Assembly: GCA_965208835.1 (NCBI GenBank)
Contig: OZ242358.1
Coordinates: 768,001-832,000, forward strand
Origin: Candidatus Latescibacterota bacterium
GTDB lineage: Bacteria > Latescibacterota > UBA2968 > GCA-2709665
Direction: 5' to 3'
Length of the DNA: 64,000 nucleotides
Below are positions 37,523-47,957 of this stretch, in pieces. A program made the position numbers and the translations under genes. The notes below the pieces were generated by a model. It was given only the letters and a program-made list of their open reading frames with translations. It was not told where the DNA came from and searched no databases. The number at the start of each line of letters is the position of its first letter. Within the stretch, counting starts at the first letter, position 1.

Positions 37523-38350
37523 ATGGACTCCAAACTCCACATTCTGATCCGAATCCTTCTCGGCGGCATGGCGCTCTACATCTTTTACGGCGCTGTCCTT
37601 TTCTTCGCGCAGCGCCGCTTCATCTTTCCTCGCCACCTGGTCCGGACGCCGCCACCCCCTTCGGATGCATCCGGAATGGAACGCATCTGGCTGGAAACGC
37701 GCGCCGGTCGAACGGAAACCTGGCTTCTTCCGCCCGAAAACGACCCGGGCCCCGCTCCGGCGGTTATCGTCGCCCATGGCAACGCCGAACTTATCGACCA
37801 CTGGGTTGGCGAAATGGGGGCGCTCAGGCGTCTGGGATTCGCCGTCCTTCTCGTCGAATACCCCGGCTACGGACGGTCCGAGGGCTCGCCGACGCAGGGC
37901 AGCGTCACCGAAGCCTTCGTGGCCGCGTACGACATGCTGGCGTCCCGGGAAGACGTAGACCCGGACCGGATCGTATTCCTGGGCCGCTCCCTCGGCGGTG
38001 GCGTGGTGTGCGCGCTCGCGGCCGAACGACCGCCCGCCGCGCTGGTGCTGATTTCCACCTTCAAGAGCGTCAATGCCATGGCCGCGGAGAAATTCTTCGT
38101 CCCCCCATTCTTCGCGCGCGACCCTTTCAACAATCTGAAGACACTGAGAAACTATCCCGGGCCTGTACTCATCGCGCACGGAACAAGGGATTCACTGATC
38201 CCGTTCAGCCACGGCGTCGCGCTTCAAAAGGCGGCCAGACGCGTCCGTCTCATCACCTACGATGCCGGGCACAACAACTGTCCTCCCGACTGGCCGACCT
38301 TCTGGGAGGAGGTCGAACGATTTCTGCGCGAGGAGGGAGTCGTTCAGTAA
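37523..38350 (+). CDS. Alpha/beta hydrolase with N-terminal TM helix
   Basis: HGNAE, EYPGYGRSEG, GRSLGG nucleophile elbow, HGTRD, GHN. Confidence 0.9.
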   Translation: MDSKLHILIRILLGGMALYIFYGAVLFFAQRRFIFPRHLVRTPPPPSDASGMERIWLETRAGRTETWLLPPENDPGPAPAVIVAHGNAELIDHWVGEMGALRRLGFAVLLVEYPGYGRSEGSPTQGSVTEAFVAAYDMLASREDVDPDRIVFLGRSLGGGVVCALAAERPPAALVLISTFKSVNAMAAEKFFVPPFFARDPFNNLKTLRNYPGPVLIAHGTRDSLIPFSHGVALQKAARRVRLITYDAGHNNCPPDWPTFWEEVERFLREEGVVQ

Positions 38351-38382
38351 CAGTCCGTTGATAGAGTCGCTCTGCAGGCGAG
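38351..38382. mobile_element. M2 end fragment (inverted)
   Basis: CAGTCCGTTGA..AGTCGCTCTGCAGGCGAG directly after the TAA of the upstream gene. Confidence 0.6.
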
Positions 38383-38391
38383 AGCCGGTCT

Positions 38392-40074
38392 TCAGCCCCG
38401 CGGTAATTCCACGCTGGTCCCCGGTTCCAGATCCATCGAAACGGCGCGGAACTGGAATCCGTATCGCTCCACCACGTCCCCGTGCGTGTCACCTTTAACG
38501 TCAAGCAGTAACACCGTCGCGCCCTCCAGGTTCGCACTGGCGCTGACTTCGTACGCGCCGTTATCGCGCAGTCCGAACCGCACCGTGCGCCGCGCGCGTT
38601 CCCACGCGTCGATCCGGGCCGCGGTCCACCAGGGCATTCCCTTGTCCCTGGTGTACCCGACGATTTCCCTGAGCCCGCCTCGAACGGCCGGATCCCCGAC
38701 GTGGGCGGGGTGAAAGAGAAAATGCGCGATACCGTGGTGATCGAACGCCCGGTCCGCGAAGCAGTGCGCCAGGCGGGTGGAACACCGCTTGTGGATATCC
38801 TGCACGGTCAGGTTCACTTCCAGCACGTCGATCGGCGGACCGCCGGGCGCTTCGTCGTCAATCGGAAACCAGGGGTGGCACCCGCCGAAGGGGAAGCCGT
38901 TGGTATAGGGCGTATTCGGCCCGCGGCTCTGCTCCAGGGTGATGCCCAGGCGTTCGCACCATCGGAAGAACTCCAGCCGGCCCTGCCAGCGCAGCGTATG
39001 GTTCTTGTTCGTGGTGACCGGCCGTCCCGCCGCTTCCGTAACCGTCTTCAACTGACCCGCCAACTCTTTATATCCCCATTTCAGATGTGCGGTGTCCGGC
39101 TTCTGGTCGTCAGACGCCGTCTGCCAGGTCTGGGCGTCGTAGTGAAGGGCCACTTCCGAGCCGTAGTCCTGGATGGCGCGGTAGAACGCCGGCAGGTAGT
39201 GTCCCGCCATGTTGCACCACGTCGTACGGATGTCCACCTCTTGCGTCAGACGGAGCAAAGACCATCCCAGCGCTTCGTCTCCGCCGTCCGAGTCGTGCGA
39301 CATATGCGCGACGGCGGGCAGATTGTCGGGCCAGTACCACAGGACGGGAAGGGCGACGCCGCACTCCCGGCACGCGTAAAGAACCGCCTTGATGATCAAT
39401 TCCCGGAACTCGTCAGCTATAGGCTCCAGGAAGACGAGGTTTTCCTCCTCGCCGGGCACGGGCGACCTGTCGCGGTCCAGATCCAGCGCCAGCCCCTGGA
39501 TCACGTCGATCCGGGTGGGACCGGTCGCAGGGGGAATGGGGTGCCCCTGCTGGATCTGCACGATGGACCGGACCACGTCCGGGCCCACGGCGATTGCCAG
39601 GCCATTCCCGGCGCGGTGCTCCACCACCCCGTCGCTGGCGCCGATCACGCGCGCGAGCGCCGTACCGTCCGCGGCCTTGATGCGCCGCCCGCCGAAACAG
39701 TGCAGACTGCTGTTAAACCCGGAGGTGACCGGGTGGTCCTTCGCCGCCGCCTGCACGTATCCGTCCGCCATCTCTCCCCTGTCCGCCGCGCCGAACACGT
39801 CGTCGAGCCCCGACATGCCTCCCAGGCCGATCAGCGCGCCACCCGACTTCACGAATTCCGCAAGCAGGGTCCGCTCCGACTTTGCCAGCGGCATATGCCA
39901 TGGCAGCAGTACCACGCGACTGCCATCCAGGCCGGGCAGGGGACGTTCGACCTCGTCATAGGGAATCCCGGCGTGCGCGAGAATCTCCCGGATGTAGATC
40001 CCGCCGTGATACCGCGATCCGTCCGGCGCCGTCTGCCCATCCGGGTCCGTTATAACGCACAATGGAAGACTCAT
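38392..40074 (-). CDS. Hypothetical protein: GATase-like N-domain + polysaccharide-deacetylase-like barrel
   Basis: LAEFVKSGGALI; SHDSD, ALHYD, NHTLRW, FLFHP. Confidence 0.55.
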   Translation of the reverse strand: MSLPLCVITDPDGQTAPDGSRYHGGIYIREILAHAGIPYDEVERPLPGLDGSRVVLLPWHMPLAKSERTLLAEFVKSGGALIGLGGMSGLDDVFGAADRGEMADGYVQAAAKDHPVTSGFNSSLHCFGGRRIKAADGTALARVIGASDGVVEHRAGNGLAIAVGPDVVRSIVQIQQGHPIPPATGPTRIDVIQGLALDLDRDRSPVPGEEENLVFLEPIADEFRELIIKAVLYACRECGVALPVLWYWPDNLPAVAHMSHDSDGGDEALGWSLLRLTQEVDIRTTWCNMAGHYLPAFYRAIQDYGSEVALHYDAQTWQTASDDQKPDTAHLKWGYKELAGQLKTVTEAAGRPVTTNKNHTLRWQGRLEFFRWCERLGITLEQSRGPNTPYTNGFPFGGCHPWFPIDDEAPGGPPIDVLEVNLTVQDIHKRCSTRLAHCFADRAFDHHGIAHFLFHPAHVGDPAVRGGLREIVGYTRDKGMPWWTAARIDAWERARRTVRFGLRDNGAYEVSASANLEGATVLLLDVKGDTHGDVVERYGFQFRAVSMDLEPGTSVELPRG

Positions 40075-40197
40075 CGGTAGTCTCCTGGTTTGAAAACGGG
40101 TCGCCCGACCTATCGGCCCCGACGACCCGTAACGTTACAGAAGGTATTAAGAAACGGTTTCCTGCCGCCATCCTCGATCCCTATCCGGGACCGGACA

Positions 40198-41211
40198 TCA
40201 TTGTTCCGCCATTTCCTTCAACCGGTTCAGCTGACTGTCGCTGCCCAGTGCGATGAGCACGTTGTCCTGATGAATCGTGACGCCCGAAAGCCCGGCCGAG
40301 GCTGCGGGGTCAACCCGGGGCTTCCCGTCCGGTCCCTGGATGCCCACGACAATCGCACCGGTCTGCTGACCGATATCCGTATCTTTCAATTGCTTGCCGA
40401 CCAGTGGCGACCCCTCGTCTACGTGAAACTGCTCCAGCCGCATCGCCGCATCGCCCTTCCCCACGACGACGTCCAGAAAGTCCACGATCGACGGACGCAG
40501 AAGCACCGACGCGATCCGCCGCCCCGCAAGCTGGTAGGGCGACATCACCCGGTCGGCGCCTGCCGTCATCAGCTTTCCGATGGTCCGCTCCTCCGCCGCC
40601 CGCGCGACAATCGTCAAATCGGGATTCGCCTGCCTCGCTGAAAGGACTACGAACACATTGAGTGCGTCCTCCCTGAGCACGGCAATCAGACCCTTTGCAC
40701 GATGGATGCCGGCTTCGACCAGCACCTCATCGTCCTCCGCGCGGCCCTCGACGAACAGGACCGATTCGTCCCGGCCCAGTTCAGAGCGCGCGGGATCCTT
40801 GTCCACGATGACGAAGGGCATACCCGCCCGCTTCAGTTCCTGCGCCACCTCCTTGCCGACCACCCCGCCGCCACAGATGATGTAGTGATCTTTCAGGTTT
40901 GAGATCATACGTTTCATTCTGCGCCCCCGCATCGCATGGACAATCTGACCTTCGAAAACGAAGCTGATAAACGTCGTCACCGAATACCCGACGGCGATAA
41001 AACTGAACATCAGAAGCAGGACCGTGAATCGCTGACCCGTCGGCGACAGCGGATGCACCTCTGCGTAGCCGACCGTCGTAATCGTGATCACCGTCATGTA
41101 AAGACCTTCCCAGAACTTCCAACCCTCGATCCATACGTAGCCCAGCGTGCCGCCCAGTACCAGCAGAATCGGGACCATGAGCGCAAACGCAAAGCGAACG
41201 AACAGCGACAT
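40198..41211 (-). CDS. Potassium channel (2TM pore + TrkA-N/TrkA-C RCK domains)
   Basis: YMTVITITTVGYAE pore, HYIICGGGVVG, C-terminal TrkA-C. Confidence 0.9.
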   Translation of the reverse strand: MSLFVRFAFALMVPILLVLGGTLGYVWIEGWKFWEGLYMTVITITTVGYAEVHPLSPTGQRFTVLLLMFSFIAVGYSVTTFISFVFEGQIVHAMRGRRMKRMISNLKDHYIICGGGVVGKEVAQELKRAGMPFVIVDKDPARSELGRDESVLFVEGRAEDDEVLVEAGIHRAKGLIAVLREDALNVFVVLSARQANPDLTIVARAAEERTIGKLMTAGADRVMSPYQLAGRRIASVLLRPSIVDFLDVVVGKGDAAMRLEQFHVDEGSPLVGKQLKDTDIGQQTGAIVVGIQGPDGKPRVDPAASAGLSGVTIHQDNVLIALGSDSQLNRLKEMAEQ

Positions 41212-41364
41212 CCGGAAACTCCGGAAAGGAAACCGCCAACCGGGAGCCGGTGAAGGCGGGCCCGACAGGGCGCAGGACAACCCCGCGCGCTACGCGGGCG
41301 GCGGAGCGGTACGGCCATCGCTGAGAGAAACGACGACCGACTTACAGGATTACGAGGAACTCAT

Positions 41365-42429
41365 TCAGTTACCCACGTCCGCGTTGGCCACCAGAACCGG
41401 CTCCGCGAGCCCGTAGGCGTTGTTCCGGACCCGTGTCTTTCCGTCGGACCGTACCGACAGTTCGTCCGGTCGCTGGTAGAGCCAGTTGTGGTGGACATCG
41501 ACGCCTTCTTCAGGTACGCCCCGTATGACGACGGCGGTCTTGGGACAGCGGAATGTGTTGTGATGCACGTTCATCCAGGTGCCCGCGACGTCAGTCCCGT
41601 CCTTCCGGTCCCTGCCGCCGTGCATATCAAAACAGTGGCTGAGCGACTCGCCGATTTCCACGTTGTGCCTCGCCTCATATCCGCTGCCCGATCTGCCCGT
41701 TCCCGCCAGTGAGTGCCGGTTGTAGTCGAACTGGTTGTATTCGATCAGCGAGAAAGCCTCGTCGTGACTCACGCCGTATCCCAGGCCGTTGTACTGGTTG
41801 TGATGGATGAAATTGTGGTGTACATGATGACCGTCTCCGGCGCTGAGGTAGACCGCCGCGTGGCTCCAGCCCGCAACCTCGCAATTGTCCACCTCCAGCC
41901 CCGGTTGTCTGGTGGTGATCCCATTGGATGTAGGGAATTTATAATAATACTCGTGCCCCCTGCCTTCGCGGAACGACCGGTTGTGGTGTTCCAGGCACCG
42001 TTTGGGATTGGGTCCCTTGATACGCAATCCGGAGACCCGCACGTTCGGCCCCGTCACATGGATCAGGGGATTTGTATCGAATGTGTCGCTCAGGATCATC
42101 CCGCCGTCCGAACCGTCAGCGCCGCGGTCGCTGGCCAGGGTGACGCCTTCGGGGATTTCCAGCACGAGGGACTCGATATACACGCGTTCGGTGCAGTCGA
42201 TTTCCGCCGCGCCGTCTATGTAGACCACGTCTCCCGATTTCGCCTGCGCCAGCGCCTCGAGGAGGTCGTCCAGCGTGGAGACGGTGTCCGCCGGTGCGGA
42301 TACCGCGCATTTATATCCCTCGCCGCCGCCGATGGGGCCGCGTGCGTCTGCCCGTGCGCCGCAGGATTCGCCTTCGATTTCGGTCCAGGTCTGTCCCAGC
42401 GGTTCCATTTCGCTACCGAACATCGCCAT
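41365..42429 (-). CDS. Right-handed beta-helix protein (paralog 3, no lipobox)
   Basis: PIGGGEGY, GVTLASDRG, HHNQYNGLGYG, FDMHGGRDR shared with the 7870/9070 paralogs. Confidence 0.75.
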   Translation of the reverse strand: MAMFGSEMEPLGQTWTEIEGESCGARADARGPIGGGEGYKCAVSAPADTVSTLDDLLEALAQAKSGDVVYIDGAAEIDCTERVYIESLVLEIPEGVTLASDRGADGSDGGMILSDTFDTNPLIHVTGPNVRVSGLRIKGPNPKRCLEHHNRSFREGRGHEYYYKFPTSNGITTRQPGLEVDNCEVAGWSHAAVYLSAGDGHHVHHNFIHHNQYNGLGYGVSHDEAFSLIEYNQFDYNRHSLAGTGRSGSGYEARHNVEIGESLSHCFDMHGGRDRKDGTDVAGTWMNVHHNTFRCPKTAVVIRGVPEEGVDVHHNWLYQRPDELSVRSDGKTRVRNNAYGLAEPVLVANADVGN

Positions 42430-42446
42430 CCTCCTTTTTATGTCGG

Positions 42447-43409
42447 CTACTCACTCAGGGAAACCACGTATCCCCTCTTGTTATCTACGACGTTCAACAG
42501 CGGTTCGCCGTCCCGGAACCGCTGTATGTTTTCCAGAATCAGGCCGATCCGTCGATCCTCGATCCGGTCCGAGATTGCCGCAACGTGCGGGGTGATCATC
42601 ACATTCTCCATCGCCCACAGCGGATGCCCTTCCTGTAACGGCTCTTCCTCGAAGACGTCCAGACCGGCGCCCGCGATTTCTCCGTTCCCCAGCGCCCGGG
42701 TGAGCGCGGCCAGGTCCACCACCTTTCCCCGGCCGATGTTGATGAATATCGCACTCGGTTTCATCGCCTCCAACGCCGCGGCATCGATCATCCGGTCGGT
42801 CTCGCCGGTATGCGGGGCGCAGATGACGAAGAAATCCACCTCACCCAGCATCTCGTGCAATTCGTGTATGCCGTAGATACGTTCCACGTAGTCGGGACGT
42901 CCCTTTGGGGCCGGATCCAGGGCGAGTACGCGCATCCCGAATGCATGGCCCCGTTCGGCAACCGCCAGCCCGATGCCGCCCAGACCCAGCACGCCGAGGG
43001 TTGTGCCCGCCACGTGGATTACCGGTACGCTTTTATTCTCCCATCGACCCTCCAGCTGGCTCCGGAAATATGCCGGAATGCCCCTGGCCATGGATAGCAG
43101 CAACGCAAACACGTGCTCTGCAATGACGTCGCTGTAAATCCCGCGCAGGTTGGTGACGGTTACGTCGCTGTCTCTCAACTCAGGGAAATAGTAACCGTCG
43201 AGGCCCGCGCTCGTCGCCTGTATCCACCGCAGCTTCTTTCCGGCCGCCAGCAGCGCGGGCGTCATGCGGCCGTAATATGCGTCCGCGTCGGTGATCAGGT
43301 CCAGCGAAGCGGCCTCGGAGTCCGCTTCGTACGCCTCCACGCCCAGTTCCCTGACCCGTGCCATCCATTCCGGCTTGAACGCCGGCCAGAATACCATTTT
43401 TACGGCCAT
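42447..43409 (-). CDS. D-2-hydroxyacid dehydrogenase
   Basis: GLGGIG, NIGRG, LDVFEEEPL, TPHVA. Confidence 0.92.
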   Translation of the reverse strand: MAVKMVFWPAFKPEWMARVRELGVEAYEADSEAASLDLITDADAYYGRMTPALLAAGKKLRWIQATSAGLDGYYFPELRDSDVTVTNLRGIYSDVIAEHVFALLLSMARGIPAYFRSQLEGRWENKSVPVIHVAGTTLGVLGLGGIGLAVAERGHAFGMRVLALDPAPKGRPDYVERIYGIHELHEMLGEVDFFVICAPHTGETDRMIDAAALEAMKPSAIFINIGRGKVVDLAALTRALGNGEIAGAGLDVFEEEPLQEGHPLWAMENVMITPHVAAISDRIEDRRIGLILENIQRFRDGEPLLNVVDNKRGYVVSLSE

Positions 43410-43410
43410 C

Positions 43411-44283
43411 TCAGAGCTCCTCCACCGGAGTGTATTCACCCCTGTCGTCAATCGTGATGTAGGCCCAAACCTGCTCAGGGTCGTGCGGCCACGCCACCAG
43501 CCAGCCTTCGTCGGCCGCTCGCTTCAACACCTGCTGCCGCACCTTGAACGTCTTCCTGGGATACAGGTCGAACGCCATGATGTAGACCGGGTGCATGTGA
43601 TGTCGCGTCGGGACCAGGTCCCCAATGAAGCAGACGGCCTCGCCGCCCGATTGTACGAGTACCGACTGGTGAGCCTTCGTGTGCCCCGGCGTGAGAAAGA
43701 CGTGAACGCCGCCGCAGACCTCCGTGTCGCCCTCCACCAGCTCCAGCACACCCGCGCGTTCCAGCGGCAACAGGTCCGACTCGGCGTTGTATCCGTGAAC
43801 GGTCTGCCGGTCCGCGCCAACGGCATCTACCCATTCCTGTCGTTGCACGATGTACCGGGCGTTCGGAAATGCGGGCACATATCCTTCGTCCGTCTGAACC
43901 GTCGTCCCGCCCGCGTGGTCCATGTGAAGGTGGGTGAGTACCACCCGGTCCACCGCCTCCGGCGCAACGCCCGCATCGGCCAGCGCGTCGACCACGCCCC
44001 GAGAAGGGTCCACACCATAAATATCCCTGTGTTTCCCGGACAGCTTCTCGGCGCCGACGCCGGTTTCAACCAGAACCGTCTCCGCAGGTGTCTCCACCAT
44101 CAGGCAGTTCAGGCCGAGTTGAATCCGGTTCCGCTCGTCGGGCGGGATCTTCTTTTCCCAGATCGACCGGGGGACCACGCCGAACATCGTGCCCCCGTCC
44201 AGACTGAACCGCCCCGCGTCCAGCGAGGTTAAGCGGATGTCCCCGACGACCCTCGAATCGCCTTTTCGATTGGATTCGCTCAC
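43411..44283 (-). CDS. MBL-fold metallo-hydrolase (YtnP/lactonase-like)
   Basis: LDGGTMFGVVP, THLHMDHAGG, GHT, GDL. Confidence 0.9.
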   Translation of the reverse strand: MSESNRKGDSRVVGDIRLTSLDAGRFSLDGGTMFGVVPRSIWEKKIPPDERNRIQLGLNCLMVETPAETVLVETGVGAEKLSGKHRDIYGVDPSRGVVDALADAGVAPEAVDRVVLTHLHMDHAGGTTVQTDEGYVPAFPNARYIVQRQEWVDAVGADRQTVHGYNAESDLLPLERAGVLELVEGDTEVCGGVHVFLTPGHTKAHQSVLVQSGGEAVCFIGDLVPTRHHMHPVYIMAFDLYPRKTFKVRQQVLKRAADEGWLVAWPHDPEQVWAYITIDDRGEYTPVEEL

Positions 44284-44782
44284 CCGGCTCCGGCGGTGAA
44301 GAGACTGCGTTACGATTGCGTTTCCTGCCCATTCTCAAGTGCAAGCGTGCGGGTTCGCACCGCAGTCATTATGTATGCATCGTTCGCTGGATGTCAAGCG
44401 CAAAAACAGCGCCGGTTTGCACATCCGGCGTTGCAGAAGACCGGCGCGGACTACCCGTCAATCCGGCCGTCAGCGGACCAACCAACTATTCCTGACTTGC
44501 GATCGCGGGTTTTTCCGGATTACGGCGCTGGATGCGAACATAGCGCGTCGTCAATTGGCGAATCTACATTGCCGTAGCGATGGGCGGTTCGGTCCACAAT
44601 TGATCGGAATTAGCGCAGGATGGTGTCTTCCCACGCAGGCAACCGATCTGTTGGTGCGACGCGGATTTCTGGGGATTTAATTTAGGATTCGCGTCCGGGC
44701 GTCACTATTATTGTAGGAGCAGGGATTGATACACGGATCTCTGGCTGTGTGCCCGGACTGATCCCTCTGACGTGGAGAGCTT

Positions 44783-46087
44783 ATGGACGTTGCAGACGGC
44801 ATTTTTGTCAAGCGAGTCTTGTCGGGCGACAAAGACGCTCTTGAACCGCTTGTTGAACGTTACAAAGGGATGGTGTACGCCCAGGTTGTGGGAAGGACGG
44901 GAAATTTCGACGCTTCGGAGGACATCGTCCAGGCGACTTTCGTAGATGCATACAGGAATCTTGGATCGTTGAAGGACCCAGCGAAGTTTCGTGCGTGGGT
45001 TCGGGGAATCGCTATGAATCATTCAAATGAATGGATTCGAAAACGCAAGACGAACTTACCTATTGGTAATTTGGACGATACGAAGGAAGCCTCTCTTCAC
45101 AACGAAGTCCTGCCGGATGCGTTCGTTCGCCTGCCGACTTCGCCGGACAGTGAATACGAAATGGAGGAGATGCGTAACCAGATCTTTGGGGCCGTCGAAC
45201 GGCTTCCGGAGAAGTATCGAGAGGTGGTGCTTCTGCACTACATGGAGGGGTTGAAGTACAGGGAAATCGCCGAGATGCTGGAAGTTCCCGAAAGCACGGT
45301 GCTTGGCAGGCTTCAAGTGGGCCGCGACCAGCTTCGTGAAGACCTGATGCCTATTGTCGAGGAGACATTGAAGGAGCACCAACCGACGTCCGAACTGACG
45401 AAGAAGGTAATGGCCGCACTGCCGCCAATGCTCCTGTTGACACCGGATTCGATCTGGGCAAGTGCAAAGCGGTTCTTTTCGCGAAGTCCATACTGGCGAA
45501 CAGGCGGTATTCTGGCGGCGGCGGTCGTTGGAACGGGGATTTACTATTCCGGATTCGTCGCCATTGTCCAGTGGGAAAACGGTTCGGATTCGTCACCGAA
45601 GCCGGGTGCGACCACCGCTGAGATGACAATTGAATTAGAAAAAGACGACGTGTCTATCCCCGTCGACCGCCCCAAACAGGCCGAAGTTTCCCTTCAACAA
45701 AACGCAAAGAAGGTTAACGCAAATGGGCAGAAGGATAGTGCCGACACCACGGGATCCAAGGAGCAGCGCAAGGCTTCGACAAAAGATCCTGCCAGGCCGA
45801 CGCTGACCCTATCCCATTCTCCAACGGACTCCGTGGTTACGATCAATTACACCATTCCGGAGTCTGGCTCGAAAGATTCCGTTCACGTTGAACTCATAGT
45901 ATACAATTTCTCGGGTGACATATCCGCAGTTCCCGTAAACACGAAGCAGGCTGTGGGGGCATATACGGTTCTACTTGAGAAACGGCACCTTTCGGACGGG
46001 CTATATTATGTTTCACTCAAGCTGAATCGGTCCAGCACACATACTGCAATTCGGCAACTGAATCTTTTGTGGGAAGGCAGAAATTAG
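44783..46087 (+). CDS. ECF sigma factor with C-terminal TM and Ig-like extension
   Basis: SEDIVQATFVDAY, FRAWVRGIA, EIAEMLEVPESTVLGRL; TM near aa 241-262; C-terminal beta-rich domain. Confidence 0.85.
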   Translation: MDVADGIFVKRVLSGDKDALEPLVERYKGMVYAQVVGRTGNFDASEDIVQATFVDAYRNLGSLKDPAKFRAWVRGIAMNHSNEWIRKRKTNLPIGNLDDTKEASLHNEVLPDAFVRLPTSPDSEYEMEEMRNQIFGAVERLPEKYREVVLLHYMEGLKYREIAEMLEVPESTVLGRLQVGRDQLREDLMPIVEETLKEHQPTSELTKKVMAALPPMLLLTPDSIWASAKRFFSRSPYWRTGGILAAAVVGTGIYYSGFVAIVQWENGSDSSPKPGATTAEMTIELEKDDVSIPVDRPKQAEVSLQQNAKKVNANGQKDSADTTGSKEQRKASTKDPARPTLTLSHSPTDSVVTINYTIPESGSKDSVHVELIVYNFSGDISAVPVNTKQAVGAYTVLLEKRHLSDGLYYVSLKLNRSSTHTAIRQLNLLWEGRN

Positions 46088-46099
46088 AGGGAGGTCCGT

Positions 46100-47422
46100 A
46101 TGTTGAATTCCAGTACAAAAATGGCGGATGGTAGGTGTCAGGTCAGGAATTTCGTCCTTCCGATTCTGGTCGCAATATTGCAGATTTCGCAAGCTTCGGC
46201 CGAACCGCCGACGCATACTCGCGAAGAAATAAAGCGGTTTACCGACGCGACATCGCAGCTCGTTATGGCAGAAGGAACGGAGGATCGCTGGAATGGAATA
46301 CTGGCACTGGAAAAATTCCGCGGGGAGTTTCCAAAGACTTTCTTAAGGGGGGATGCCGCGGAAGCGTTGTTCCGTTCGTACGGCGATGTGGTGGACGATC
46401 CCGAATTCCTGATTCGATTGGCTGAGGAAGCAATCGCGCTGCTTCCGAATCGTAATGGTCTTTATAAGCAGGTGGTACAGACTTTCGTTGACAAGGGGAT
46501 ATTTCCTGATCGGACTCTGGAATACGCGCAAAAATCACTGGAACTGGCCGAAAAAATGCAGGCAAATGCTGGCGAATATTACCAGCGAGAGGTCATCGAA
46601 AGGCTCGGACTCTTGAGCCGTGCTTTTCAGTTGGCGAACCGGCCGGAGCGGGCACTGGAAGTAATGCGACGCAGTTTGAAGCAGGCGGAAAACCTCTCTG
46701 TAACGGCCTTCCCGGATCAAGCAACACGTCAGAAAAGGATTGACGGGATCGGTCTGGATTTGCTAAGGCTTTACATCGATCAGCGCCGATGGAATCCTGC
46801 GTATGAACTGGCATGTAACCTTCTGAAGAAATCGGTGACCCGCGAACCCGTCTACGAACTCTGGAGCAGAGCGTATGTCGGGAAGTTCGGTTCTGCGGAG
46901 GGGATTATTAATGCTTACGCCGATTTGAAGGCCGAGATTGAAGAATCGCGCAAAGCCCGCCTGATCGAAGAGCGAGTGAAGCGTCCCGCGCCGGCTTTCG
47001 CCTTAAAGACATTGAAGGATGAACCGGTGAGCCTGGACGGGCTGAAAGGGAAGGTTGTGTTGATCAATTTCTGGGCGAACTGGTGCGGACCATGCCTGGA
47101 CGAATTGCCTCAACTCGAAGCTCTGTCGCGTACCTATAAACAGGAGTCGATCAAGTTTCTGGCCGTCAATCTGGATACGCAGGACGAAGAGAAGCGTAAA
47201 TACATGGTGTCAGGTGCAAAGGCGCGGTTGGCGCCCAGTCTGACCTATTTGATGGGCAATGAGGAAGTGAGGCGTGAATTCGGTTTCGATAGTATACCGT
47301 ACACGTGTATTGTAGATCAAGACGGGTACATCCGTTACGAAAAAACCGGCCTGAGCAGCGATTTCAATGCAACTGTCAAAGATCAGCTGACGTGGGTGAT
47401 GGGACTATCTGAGGCTGAATGA
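46100..47422 (+). CDS. TlpA/ResA-like thiol-disulfide oxidoreductase with helical (TPR-like) N-domain
   Basis: Signal peptide; APAFALKTL, NFWANWCGPC, SIPYTCIVDQDG. Confidence 0.88.
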   Translation: MLNSSTKMADGRCQVRNFVLPILVAILQISQASAEPPTHTREEIKRFTDATSQLVMAEGTEDRWNGILALEKFRGEFPKTFLRGDAAEALFRSYGDVVDDPEFLIRLAEEAIALLPNRNGLYKQVVQTFVDKGIFPDRTLEYAQKSLELAEKMQANAGEYYQREVIERLGLLSRAFQLANRPERALEVMRRSLKQAENLSVTAFPDQATRQKRIDGIGLDLLRLYIDQRRWNPAYELACNLLKKSVTREPVYELWSRAYVGKFGSAEGIINAYADLKAEIEESRKARLIEERVKRPAPAFALKTLKDEPVSLDGLKGKVVLINFWANWCGPCLDELPQLEALSRTYKQESIKFLAVNLDTQDEEKRKYMVSGAKARLAPSLTYLMGNEEVRREFGFDSIPYTCIVDQDGYIRYEKTGLSSDFNATVKDQLTWVMGLSEAE

Positions 47423-47770
47423 CGGAGGTTCGCTTGGGCTGGGAACCGTGACAGTATAAAGCGCAGTAAAAAGCGGATTCCGTTTCTGATATATCGTCGA
47501 CATTTACGCTCCTGAGAGTCGGGCCTCGGGAGCGTTGCTTGTTTTCGGCCGTTGTCACGTGACGTTGCACTGTCAAGTGGCCCTACTTATATTGAAATTA
47601 GTCGAACTGATGTTTCTGCGGGCGATTAATTGACCCGGTAAGGTATCTCAGATGAAGCTGCAGCCGCGCTCGGTCTGGAATCTGAACCTGATATTCAAGA
47701 AGCATACGAAACCACACCCGTCCAAAATCGTCTTTTCCAATCGCTATCAACACATGATCCACCTGTAACC

Positions 47771-47797
47771 GGAGCGAGGGCATCCTGCCCTCGCTCC
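47771..47797. repeat. REP-like palindrome
   Basis: GGAGCGAGGGC-ATCCT-GCCCTCGCTCC perfect 11-bp stem. Confidence 0.55.
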
Positions 47798-47957
47798 CGG
47801 AAACGCCAGCCACGCCCGTCCGAATTCGATTCCTACCTTGGACAGCCGTGGCCAATGGAAGGTGGAATGGTAAAATTGGGCGCGATTCCATGTTTTGAAA
47901 GGTTGTGAAGATTCGGCTATCTCTTGAAGACTAAACTGTGGTCACCAGAATCGCCCT

